Assembly (NCBI GenBank): GCA_963668645.2 | Contig: CAXXWC010000006.1 | Span: forward strand, 96,001 to 160,000 | Reading direction: 5' to 3' | From: Desulfobacterales bacterium | GTDB taxonomy: Bacteria; Desulfobacterota; Desulfobacteria; Desulfobacterales; UBA2174 | DNA length: 64,000 nt | Shown: in pieces, positions 27,627 through 36,036 of the stretch | Layout of the letters: each line of letters starts with the position of its first letter | Position numbering within the stretch: the first letter of the stretch is position 1 | Made by a program: the position numbers and the translations under genes | Notes under the pieces: model-generated | Databases searched by the model: none | Told to the model about the DNA's origin: nothing | The model's input: the letters and a program-made list of their open reading frames with translations, nothing else

Positions 27627-29664
27627 ATTCGTCAAAACCGTCTGCCCGTACTGCGGCAGCGGCTGCGGTCTGGTGCTGACAGTGGACGGCGGCCGGGTGG
27701 TGGCGGCCGGAGCGGATCCTTCCCATCCGGTCTCCCGGGGCAGCCTGTGCATCAAGGGCTGGACGGCGGCCGAGTTCATCCACCATCCGGGCCGGCTCAC
27801 CGCACCGCTGCTCAGGACCGGGGCCGGATTCCGCGAAATCTCCTGGGACGAGGCCTTGGGACGGATGGCCGAGCGCTTCGGCCAAACCGTGGCGCAACAC
27901 GGGTCCGGGGCCGTGGCCGGGCTCAGTTCGGCCCGCTGCACCAACGAGGAGAACTATCTTTTCCAGAAGCTGATCCGCCTCGGCCTGGGCTCGAACAACG
28001 TCGATCACTGCGCCCGGCTGTGCCACGGCCCCACCGTGGCCGCCATGGGCCAGATGCTCGGCAGCGGGGCCATGACCAACCCCATCGCCGACCTGGCCGT
28101 AAGCGACTGCATCCTGGCCTTCGGTGCCAACCCGGCCGAGACCTTCCCGGTACCGATGGGCGAGATCCACCGGGCGCGGCGCCGCGGGGCGCGGCTGATC
28201 GTGATCGATCCGCGGGCCACCGAGATGGCCGCCGGCGCAGACCGGCATCTTCAGATCCGGCCGGGGACCGACATCCTTCTGGCCAGCGGCATGATGCGCC
28301 ACATCCTGGACGCCGGCCTGGAAAACCGGAATTTTATCGCCGCACGCACCGAGGACTTCGCCCCCCTGGCCGAGTACCTGCAAGCCTGGCCGGTGGAGCG
28401 GGCCGCCGAGGCCTGCGGACTGGCGCCGGAGCTGATCCGGGAGGTTGCCGAGGCCTTTGCCCGCGCACCGGCGGCCACCATCGTCTTTTGCATGGGCATC
28501 ACCCAGCATGTCTGCGGCACGGCCAACGTCCACGCCCTGTGCGACCTGGCCCTGCTCTGCGGCCAGGTGGGCCGGCCCGGCGCCGGTATCTGCCCGTTGC
28601 GCGGCCAGTGCAACGTCCAGGGGGCCTGCGACATGGGCGCGCTGCCCAACGTTTTGCCCGGCTACCAGGCCATTGCCGACGAGGCGGTGCGCAAGCGCTT
28701 TGCGGCGGTCTGGGGTGTCGATCCACCCCACGCCGCCGGGCTGACCATCACCGCCGCCATGGCTGCGGCCCCCGGAACGATCCGCGCCCTTTACATCATG
28801 GGCGAAAACCCGGTGATGAGCGATCCCAACCGCGCCCACACCGTCGCCTTTCTCAAAAGCCTCGATTTTCTCGTGGTCCAGGACATCTTTCCCACCGAGA
28901 CCACCAATCTTGCCCATCTCGTCCTGCCGGCGGCCTGTTTCGCCGAAAAGGACGGCACCTTCACCAACACCGAAAGAAGAGTTCAGCGGCTGCGCCGGGC
29001 CGTGGATCCGCCCGGACAGGCCCTGGACGATCTTTCCATCCTCTGCCGGGTGGCCCGTGCCCTGGGTTTCGATTTTGATAATTCCGACCCCGGGACCGTG
29101 ATGGCCGAGATCGCCTCGCTGGTACCGGCCTACGGCGGCATCCTTTATCCCCGGCTCGGACCGGCCGGGCTCCAGTGGCCTTGTCCTGACGAGACCCACC
29201 CGGGCACCGAACGGCTCCACGGCGAACGCTTCACCCGGGGCCGGGCCATGTTCGTGGTGCCGGCCTGGGCCCCGATCCAGGAACCGACCGACGAGACCTA
29301 TCCCCTGGTGCTGATCACAGGGCGCATGTTCTGCCACTACCACACCGGCACCATGACCCGCCGCTCGCCGTCTTTGCACCGCGAGGCCGAACGGCCCGTG
29401 GTGGAGATCAATCCCCACGACGCGGGCCAGCGGCACATCGCCGACGGCGACCGGGTGCGGGTGGAAACGCGCCGTGGCGCCGTCTCCACCACGGCCCGGC
29501 TCAGTGAGCGCATGGCCAGGGGAACGATCTTCGCCGCCTTCCACTTTCACGAGGCCCCGGCCGATGCCCTGACCAACGACGCCCTCGACCCGGTCTCCAA
29601 CGTCCCCGAACTCAAAGCCTGTGCGGCCCAGATGACCAGGGAGGCGGCATGTCAGCAGGTCTGA
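27616..29664 (+). CDS. fdhF: Cytoplasmic formate dehydrogenase alpha subunit (FdhF-like, Cys ligand)
   Basis: CPYCGSGC, LCIKG, DHCARLCHGPT, LRGQCNVQG, EKDGTFTNTERRVQ; no Tat signal. Confidence 0.9.
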   Translation: MGVEFVKTVCPYCGSGCGLVLTVDGGRVVAAGADPSHPVSRGSLCIKGWTAAEFIHHPGRLTAPLLRTGAGFREISWDEALGRMAERFGQTVAQHGSGAVAGLSSARCTNEENYLFQKLIRLGLGSNNVDHCARLCHGPTVAAMGQMLGSGAMTNPIADLAVSDCILAFGANPAETFPVPMGEIHRARRRGARLIVIDPRATEMAAGADRHLQIRPGTDILLASGMMRHILDAGLENRNFIAARTEDFAPLAEYLQAWPVERAAEACGLAPELIREVAEAFARAPAATIVFCMGITQHVCGTANVHALCDLALLCGQVGRPGAGICPLRGQCNVQGACDMGALPNVLPGYQAIADEAVRKRFAAVWGVDPPHAAGLTITAAMAAAPGTIRALYIMGENPVMSDPNRAHTVAFLKSLDFLVVQDIFPTETTNLAHLVLPAACFAEKDGTFTNTERRVQRLRRAVDPPGQALDDLSILCRVARALGFDFDNSDPGTVMAEIASLVPAYGGILYPRLGPAGLQWPCPDETHPGTERLHGERFTRGRAMFVVPAWAPIQEPTDETYPLVLITGRMFCHYHTGTMTRRSPSLHREAERPVVEINPHDAGQRHIADGDRVRVETRRGAVSTTARLSERMARGTIFAAFHFHEAPADALTNDALDPVSNVPELKACAAQMTREAACQQV

Positions 29665-30104
29665 AGGAAAAAATCGCAGCCCTCCTGGCCGCCACCGGAG
29701 CGGCCGGCTGCGTCGAATGCGGCAAATGCGTGGCGGTCTGCCCCATGGCGGCGATGTACCCGGATTTTTGCTGGGAGATGTCGCCGCGCGGGCTGATCCG
29801 GCGGTCCGCCACCGAGGAGGGGCTCCTGGACGATCCTGTGATCTGGCGCTGCACCCAGTGCAATGCGGGCACCGACGTCTGCCCGGAGGCGGTAAGCTGC
29901 CGGGATCTGGTGGCCGGACTGCGCCGGTTGGCCGCCGAAACCGGCCGCAACGTGCCGAGCCGGACCTGTGTGTTGTGTGCCAAACCCTTCGTGCCCCAGG
30001 CGGTGGAGGCGTATCTCAAGGGACGGCTCGCCGGTGCGGACGACCGCTACGCCGACGCCTGCCCCGCCTGCCGGCAGCAGCGCTACGCGCGCAGAAATTC
30101 TTGA
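29649..30104 (+). CDS. HdrC-like 4Fe-4S dicluster protein with C-terminal CxxC...CxxC
   Basis: CVECGKCVAVCP, SPR, IWRCTQCNAGTDVCP, CVLC...CPAC. Confidence 0.75.
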   Translation: MSAGLKEKIAALLAATGAAGCVECGKCVAVCPMAAMYPDFCWEMSPRGLIRRSATEEGLLDDPVIWRCTQCNAGTDVCPEAVSCRDLVAGLRRLAAETGRNVPSRTCVLCAKPFVPQAVEAYLKGRLAGADDRYADACPACRQQRYARRNS

Positions 30105-30142
30105 CCCTTGCGGCCGGTTCCATCGGACCTTGGAAAAACACC

Positions 30143-31465
30143 ATGCTCGATCGACTCACTAAAGACCTGCCCGCCATCGGCCTCGACGATCTGAGGCCGC
30201 AGCCGGCCAAGGCCAAGCCGCCGCGCCGGCCGCAGGTGCTCGTCTTCGACCCGCGAAAGTGCAACGGCTGCGGCGACTGTGTGACGGCCTGCGCCGAACG
30301 GCGCGCCGCCCGGGATCCGGGTGCCGGTGCGGCCATCCGCATCCTGGCCCCGGAAACCGAGGACGACCGCCACTTTGCCATCTTCTGCCAGCACTGCCGC
30401 GAACCGGTCTGCCTGCCGGTCTGCCCCACCCGCGCCATCGAGAAGGGTGCGGACGGGATCGTGCGCATCGACCGGCGCTTTTGCACCGACTGCGGCCTGT
30501 GCGCCTTGGCCTGCCCCGAATCGGCCCCCCTGAAAAATCCCCAAAGCGGCCGCATCGACAAGTGCGATTTTTGTGACGGAGCCCCGGCCTGCGTCCAGCG
30601 CTGCACCGAGGAGGCCCTGAAGCTGACCCGGGGCAAGGCCCTAGGCTGGATCCGGCTGCTGCGCTGGCCTGTGCAGGCCCTGGCCTTTTTCTTGCTGGTG
30701 ATGGTTTTTGTGGGCACTTTTTGCCATTTTCGCGCCGGGGTGGTGAACCTCCAGTGCCCCACCGGCTTTTTGCAGAATCTTTTCTCGTCCAAGGTCCTGT
30801 GGTGGACCGGACTCGGATCGGCGGCGGTGCTGGTGGGCCTTACCGTGGTGCTCGGAAGGGTGTTCTGCGGCTGGATCTGTCCTTTCGGGTTCGTGCTCGA
30901 CCTGGTGAGCAAGGTGACGCCGCGCTTCGGCCTGCCGCGCTTCTTGAAAAGCCGCGCCATCAAGTACGGGGTGCTGGCCAGCGCCGTGGGCACCAGCGCC
31001 GGGCTCGGGTTCCAGCCCTTTTGCACCATCTGTCCCATCGGCAGTCTGTGCCGCTCCTACGGGCCGAACGGAGTCCTCAAGGGAGCCCAACTCGCCATCT
31101 TTCCGGCCTTTGCGGCCCTGGAGTTGGGCGAACGGCGCAGTTGGTGCCGCTATTTTTGCCCGGTGGGAGCCGTGCTGGCCCTGGCGGCGCGCTTCGGGTT
31201 GATCAAGATCGTCATCGGGGCGCGCCAGTGCAAGAAATTTTCCTGCATGCAGTGCGCCGACATCTGTCCGACCGGCATCATCGAGCGGGGCGACCTGCAG
31301 CAGGGGATCTCTCCCAAGATCCCCATGGCCGAATGCATCATGTGCCTGCGCTGCATCGACAAGTGCCCCTACGGCGCGGCCAAGATCCGCTTGCGCTGGC
31401 AGAAAACATCCCCCGAGGACCTTGTCGTCCCCCTGGCCCGGGCGGCGGCGGGCGGCGGCGAATGA
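30143..31465 (+). CDS. Fusion of a DmsB-like polyferredoxin and a NapH/MauN-like membrane Fe-S protein
   Basis: N-terminal four Cys clusters; TMs with FCGWICPFG, FCTICPIG, WCRYFCPVG; C-terminal 2x[4Fe-4S]. Confidence 0.85.
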   Translation: MLDRLTKDLPAIGLDDLRPQPAKAKPPRRPQVLVFDPRKCNGCGDCVTACAERRAARDPGAGAAIRILAPETEDDRHFAIFCQHCREPVCLPVCPTRAIEKGADGIVRIDRRFCTDCGLCALACPESAPLKNPQSGRIDKCDFCDGAPACVQRCTEEALKLTRGKALGWIRLLRWPVQALAFFLLVMVFVGTFCHFRAGVVNLQCPTGFLQNLFSSKVLWWTGLGSAAVLVGLTVVLGRVFCGWICPFGFVLDLVSKVTPRFGLPRFLKSRAIKYGVLASAVGTSAGLGFQPFCTICPIGSLCRSYGPNGVLKGAQLAIFPAFAALELGERRSWCRYFCPVGAVLALAARFGLIKIVIGARQCKKFSCMQCADICPTGIIERGDLQQGISPKIPMAECIMCLRCIDKCPYGAAKIRLRWQKTSPEDLVVPLARAAAGGGE

Positions 31466-32454
31466 AAAGCGCGGCCCTGATCGACAGGCACCGGCGGCCC
31501 CTGACCTATCTGCGGGTATCGATCACCGACCGGTGCAACCTGCGCTGCCTGTACTGCGTTCCGGACGGCCCGTTCGCCAAGCTCGACCACCGCCAGATCC
31601 TGAGCTACGAGGAGATCCTGCGCGTGGTTGGCATCGGGGCCGGCCTCGGCATCACCAAGGTGCGCGTCACCGGCGGAGAGCCGCTGGTGCGCCAGGGGGT
31701 GGACACGTTCCTGGCCCGCCTGTGTAAAATTCCGGGGCTGGCCGAGGTGTCGCTGACCACCAACGGCGTGCTGCTCGAACGGCACATCGAGGCCATCCGG
31801 GACGCGGGCATCCGGCGGCTCAACATCAGTCTGGATGCCATCGATCCGCTCCGGTTCCGGCGCATCACCCGCCGCGACCGCTTCGATCAGGTCTGGCGCG
31901 GGATCATGGCGGCCCAGCGTGCCGGCATGGCACCCATCAAGATCAACACGGTGGCCCTGGGCGGGATCAACGACGATCAGATCGTGCGCCTGGCCCGGCT
32001 GACCTACGACTACCCTTTCCATGTGCGCTTTATCGAATACATGCCGCTGGGCGCCGCCTGTCCCGGGACCGGTCCGCGGCTGACCGCCGATAAGATCCTC
32101 GCGCGCCTCGGTGCCGTGGCGCCGCTCACAGCGGTGGGCCGGGGGCACCTGGACGGCCCGGCCGATCGCTACCGCCTGCAAGGGGCCCTGGGGGAAATCG
32201 GGATCATCGCGGCCATGAGCCACCGCTTTTGCCACCGCTGCAACCGGCTGCGGCTCACCGCCAGCGGCCGGCTGCGCACCTGCCTGCTCGACAACCAGTC
32301 CATCGACATCAAGTCCGTGCTGCGCGGCGGCGGCGCCGACGCCGAAATCGAAGAGCGCTTTTTCGAAGCCGCCCGGCGCAAGCAGGAGCGCCACCACCTC
32401 GACGAGTCGGGCACCGGCCGCATCGCGGCGCGCATGTCGGCCATCGGCGGATAG
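31462..32454 (+). CDS. moaA: GTP 3',8-cyclase (molybdopterin biosynthesis)
   Basis: YLRVSITDRCNLRCLYC, TGGEPL, FCHRCNRLRLT, C-terminal MSAIGG. Confidence 0.95.
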   Translation: MKSAALIDRHRRPLTYLRVSITDRCNLRCLYCVPDGPFAKLDHRQILSYEEILRVVGIGAGLGITKVRVTGGEPLVRQGVDTFLARLCKIPGLAEVSLTTNGVLLERHIEAIRDAGIRRLNISLDAIDPLRFRRITRRDRFDQVWRGIMAAQRAGMAPIKINTVALGGINDDQIVRLARLTYDYPFHVRFIEYMPLGAACPGTGPRLTADKILARLGAVAPLTAVGRGHLDGPADRYRLQGALGEIGIIAAMSHRFCHRCNRLRLTASGRLRTCLLDNQSIDIKSVLRGGGADAEIEERFFEAARRKQERHHLDESGTGRIAARMSAIGG

Positions 32455-32490
32455 CCGGCCAGTAAAAGACGGGGCTCTGAACAGGAGAAT

Positions 32491-33099
32491 TTGAAGATCA
32501 AGGAAACGATCATGTGGCAGGCAATCGTCAATCGGCAGGAAGGCTTTCTCAATTTCACCCCCCAAAATCACCGGGCGTTCAAGCAAACCCGGGTGGCCGT
32601 GTTCGGCGCCGGCGGCAATGGGGTGGTGATGGAAAACCTGCTGCGCATGGGATTTGAACGCTTTGAAATCCTCGACCCCGACGTCGTGGATGACACCAAC
32701 CTCAATCGACTGCCTTTTACCTGCCATCACATCGGACGACCCAAAGTCGAAGCCTGGCGCGATTTTCTGCTGGACGTGAACCCCGGCTGCACCGTCCGGA
32801 TCCACCGGCACAAGGTCACCTGCCGTGACGCAGGGCTCGTCGAAGATATTGTCGACCGGGCCGATCTGATCTTTCTGCAGACCACCAGCGCAGAGGCCAA
32901 TCTGGTCATCGCCCGCGCCTGCGCCGCCAAAGGCCGCCGCATGATCGTGGGAAAAGGCACCCGCATCGTCAAAATGCCCGTCATCCAGGTCTTTGATCCG
33001 TTCAAAGGCGCCGCCTACTACTACAACCTGCTCGAACGGCGCATCGGCATCCCGGACTGGCTCACCGGAGAGATCACCTGGCAGGCCTACAGAGAGTAA
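32491..33099 (+). CDS. ThiF/MoeB-family adenylyltransferase-like protein (short)
   Basis: FGAGGNG, LDPDVVDDTNLNR, GRPKVE; CAGGAG RBS before TTG. Confidence 0.8.
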   Translation: MKIKETIMWQAIVNRQEGFLNFTPQNHRAFKQTRVAVFGAGGNGVVMENLLRMGFERFEILDPDVVDDTNLNRLPFTCHHIGRPKVEAWRDFLLDVNPGCTVRIHRHKVTCRDAGLVEDIVDRADLIFLQTTSAEANLVIARACAAKGRRMIVGKGTRIVKMPVIQVFDPFKGAAYYYNLLERRIGIPDWLTGEITWQAYRE

Positions 33100-33237
33100 G
33101 CCGAATGCCGCCGCGATGTACGCGAACAACCTGCCATGGCCGGCAAATGACAGCACCCGGCAGTGCACTGCAAAAAACGGCATTGCGGTTATAATGGCGG
33201 TTTGAGGCCTCATCACGATGCAGGATGACTGCCCCCC

Positions 33238-33310
33238 TGTGGGAGCGGTTTTTCACCGCAATCCGAAATGACGCGTGCGCCCCTGATCGCGGATCCAATC
33301 CGCTCCCACA
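33238..33310. repeat. REP doublet (REPIN-like)
   Basis: TGTGGGAGCGG...CCGCTCCCACA terminal inverted repeat with inner CGCAAT/ATCGCG arms. Confidence 0.7.
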
Positions 33311-33572
33311 TCTCGTAGGAAGAGGATAACCTCCTCTACTACAAAGAATTCGGGCACACCTTGCCCACAACCCAACGTCCGTCGGACTGATTTGGACTTT
33401 GACGAGGCCCTGCCACCGGTTGCCCTTGACCCACCCGCGAGTATCAAATACATGCCTGTTGGCAGCGTTGGCCCCGCTCCCGGGCGCCCGCTGAACGCCG
33501 ACAAAATCCTCGATCGCCTCTGCGCCATCGACCTGCTGAGACCGGTGGCCAAAGGAACAGTGAGGTGTTCTG

Positions 33573-34199
33573 ATGTCCTTGTCGAAAAAGCTCTGGAACG
33601 AAAATCAGGATCTGGCCGCAGCCTCTTTGGAAAATTCATTTGTGCAAGGGATTTTCACCGGCTCTTTGGCCAAAGAAAAATTTTCCTATTACGTCAGCCA
33701 GGATTCCTTTTTTCTAAAGGCGTTCGCCCGGGCCTACATCATTGCCGGGGCAAAGGCGCCTGATTGGCAGGATTTTATCAAGCTTCACAAACTGGCAGAA
33801 GGGGTGTTGGAGGAGCTGAAACTGCACGGCAAGTATGCCCGTGAATGGGGAGTGAATGTGGAAAGTGTCGAACCTGCCGCCCCAACCCGCCGTTACACCG
33901 ATTTTGTCATGGCCACCGCCTGGGGCCATGGGACCGGACTGACGGTGACCGCCTTGACCCCCTGCATGAGACTATACGCCTGGATCGGGCAGGAATTGGC
34001 AGCCAGAAAACCGGCTCAGCATGCTTACAGCGAGTGGATAGACATTTACAGCAGCCGTGAAATAGAAGCATTGGCCCGCGATTTGGAAGCCTTGGTGGAC
34101 AAGTATGCGAATCCTGCCGATCCCCTGGTCGCCGCCACTTACCGTTATGCCATGGAATGTGAAAGGGATTTTTTCCAAGCGGCGTTTGACATCGCTTAA
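33573..34199 (+). CDS. TenA family protein (thiaminase II-like)
   Basis: YVSQDSFFLKAFARA, EELKLH, LTPCMRLY, YSEWIDIY, MECERDFF. Confidence 0.9.
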   Translation: MSLSKKLWNENQDLAAASLENSFVQGIFTGSLAKEKFSYYVSQDSFFLKAFARAYIIAGAKAPDWQDFIKLHKLAEGVLEELKLHGKYAREWGVNVESVEPAAPTRRYTDFVMATAWGHGTGLTVTALTPCMRLYAWIGQELAARKPAQHAYSEWIDIYSSREIEALARDLEALVDKYANPADPLVAATYRYAMECERDFFQAAFDIA

Positions 34200-34570
34200 G
34201 GCCGCAGTGGCTGCCAAACCCGCTGGTCACATCGAAGCCTTCTTCTAGCTGGCTTCGATCTTCGCAATCAGTCCCGGCTTTAAGCGTGTTGTCTCGACGG
34301 CGCCAGCCGAGCTGGATACAATCTTAAGCGTCTTGCCCTTCCATTCGGGATGCTGGCCGTAAAGCTTCTTCAAATCCGCGAGATATGATTCCACGGGTGA
34401 TCGGTTCTTGTAAAAGCAATAAGCTTTGGCCTTGGCTTACGACTTTCCGCCTTGACTGGCCTGGAGCAGGCACGGGAAAATGGTCATGGCGAAATCATCT
34501 GTATTGCTGCTTGATCGCCTTCGCATCCGCGTTCGTGCTCAACCATATACCCGGCCAGCAGTCGGCGCAT

Positions 34571-34924
34571 ATGAAATAGTCGACTGTCTTTGAGACTTTG
34601 GTCGAAGGTGAGTGTTGGCGCGGCACCCTGGCGGGTGTTGGCGCGGCCGATCAGGTAGTCCGAAAAGTCGGCCTTCCCGCTCTGGTAATCGCCGAACGCC
34701 TGCCAGACCGTATCCTTGTCGGCGATTTCGAATTGAACGGTCCGCAGGATCATATTCAGCGCTTTAACGATTTCTTCCTTGGTATAGCCATAGACACTGT
34801 CCAGCACCCAAACCGTTTCGCAAAGCACCACCGGTTGAATCAGAAAACGTTCATTGCGATCCACGCCGGTTTCGATGGCATGCACCGCAACGGATACCTG
34901 GCCAGGATCGTCTTGGACGAGGTA
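34571..34924 (-). pseudogene. 5'-truncated VapC/PIN toxin
   Basis: YLVQDD...VVLCETVWVL...ADFSDYLI...TLTFD is present, but the first catalytic DTN motif is missing and no antitoxin is seen. Confidence 0.7.
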
Positions 34925-35121
34925 GGGGTTAGAAAAGCAGCTTTTCAAGCTCGGCCTGTTTGCCCAGCGCAGCGCTTCTAATCGCGCAATGTGCTGCGCT
35001 TTCAACACCACTTGTCGCCGCCCAATACGCTGCCCGGCCGTTTCAGCCTGCTCTTGCGGTGACTGTTCGGTGATGATAGGAATTTGAATCCATCCAAATC
35101 CATACGATTCGAGGAGGTTCC

Positions 35122-35310
35122 ATGGCCGGTTCCAATTGCGCGCGCTGCCCGATGAGAGCCAAGTACGACCGCAACCCTAAATCGATCCTTGGCAGATTGT
35201 GGCGCTGGCATACGGGCTGGTGCCCAGGATGGAAGCGCTACACCCGTTCGCTGTCCGCCGAGGAGCGCCGCCGCCTGGCTGAAAGATACGACATGCCTCA
35301 CCAAGATTGA
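35122..35310 (+). CDS. Small Cys/Trp-rich hypothetical protein
   Basis: GAGGAGG RBS; CARC...LWRWHTGWCPGW. Confidence 0.65.
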   Translation: MAGSNCARCPMRAKYDRNPKSILGRLWRWHTGWCPGWKRYTRSLSAEERRRLAERYDMPHQD

Positions 35311-35332
35311 TCTCCAGAAAGGAATTGCTCCT

Positions 35333-35905
35333 GTGGTGGAAACCATCTTCGGCAAACCGCATCTGTGCCCCCACCGGATGGCGTTTACCCTGGACAACTG
35401 GCTGCGGCGGCTGATTCAGGATCCCCGGTCCATTATGGGCCCTTACCTCAAACCCGGCCATACCGCCGTGGACCTGGGGTGCGGCCCTGGATTTTTCACC
35501 GTGGATATGGCCCGCATGGTGGAACCGCAGGGCACCGTGATCGCGGTGGACATGCAGCCGAAAATGCTCGAGTACGTGGCGCGCAAGGCCCGGCGCAAAG
35601 GGGTGGCCCACCGGGTTCGGCTGCATTGCAGCAGCGAAGATCGCATCGGCCTGGATGCGGCGGCCGATTTCGTGCTGGCTTTTTACGTGGTTCACGAAAC
35701 CGCGGACCCGCCCGCGTTTCTGTCCGAAATCCTCAGCTTCATGAACCCCGGCGGCCGCCTCCTGCTGGTCGAGCCGCGCTTTCACGTGACCCGTGAGGCT
35801 TTCAAGCGGCTGGAGGCCCTGGTGCAGGCGGTGGGATTTTCTGTTGAAGACTGTCCCCGGGGCAAGGGCGGACGCAGCCTGCTGCTCACCCCGCGGCCGG
35901 ATTGA
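35333..35905 (+). CDS. Class I SAM-dependent methyltransferase
   Basis: AVDLGCGPG, AVDMQ, MNPGGRLL; GTG start inferred from the RBS. Confidence 0.88.
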   Translation: MVETIFGKPHLCPHRMAFTLDNWLRRLIQDPRSIMGPYLKPGHTAVDLGCGPGFFTVDMARMVEPQGTVIAVDMQPKMLEYVARKARRKGVAHRVRLHCSSEDRIGLDAAADFVLAFYVVHETADPPAFLSEILSFMNPGGRLLLVEPRFHVTREAFKRLEALVQAVGFSVEDCPRGKGGRSLLLTPRPD

Positions 35906-36036
35906 ATCACCTGTTCAACAGCTTCGCGGTATTTTCTTAAAGCCTTAAACGATCCTGGGCTGGATGGCGCACCAGGCCGACCTGCTGGACGGCCGGCAAA
36001 GGCTATTTCGACGGGCAAAGGAGGCAAGCGCGGTCA

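Noticed and set aside
17463..33216. Many long antisense or alternative-frame ORFs (e.g. 17463-19139, 24593-26317, 27454-29550, 31369-33216)
   Set aside because: Shadows of real genes in high-GC DNA; no recognisable motifs.
33340..33572. TPP riboswitch upstream of tenA
   Set aside because: A CTGAGA is present, but the downstream ACCTGA...GCGNAGGGA core is absent.
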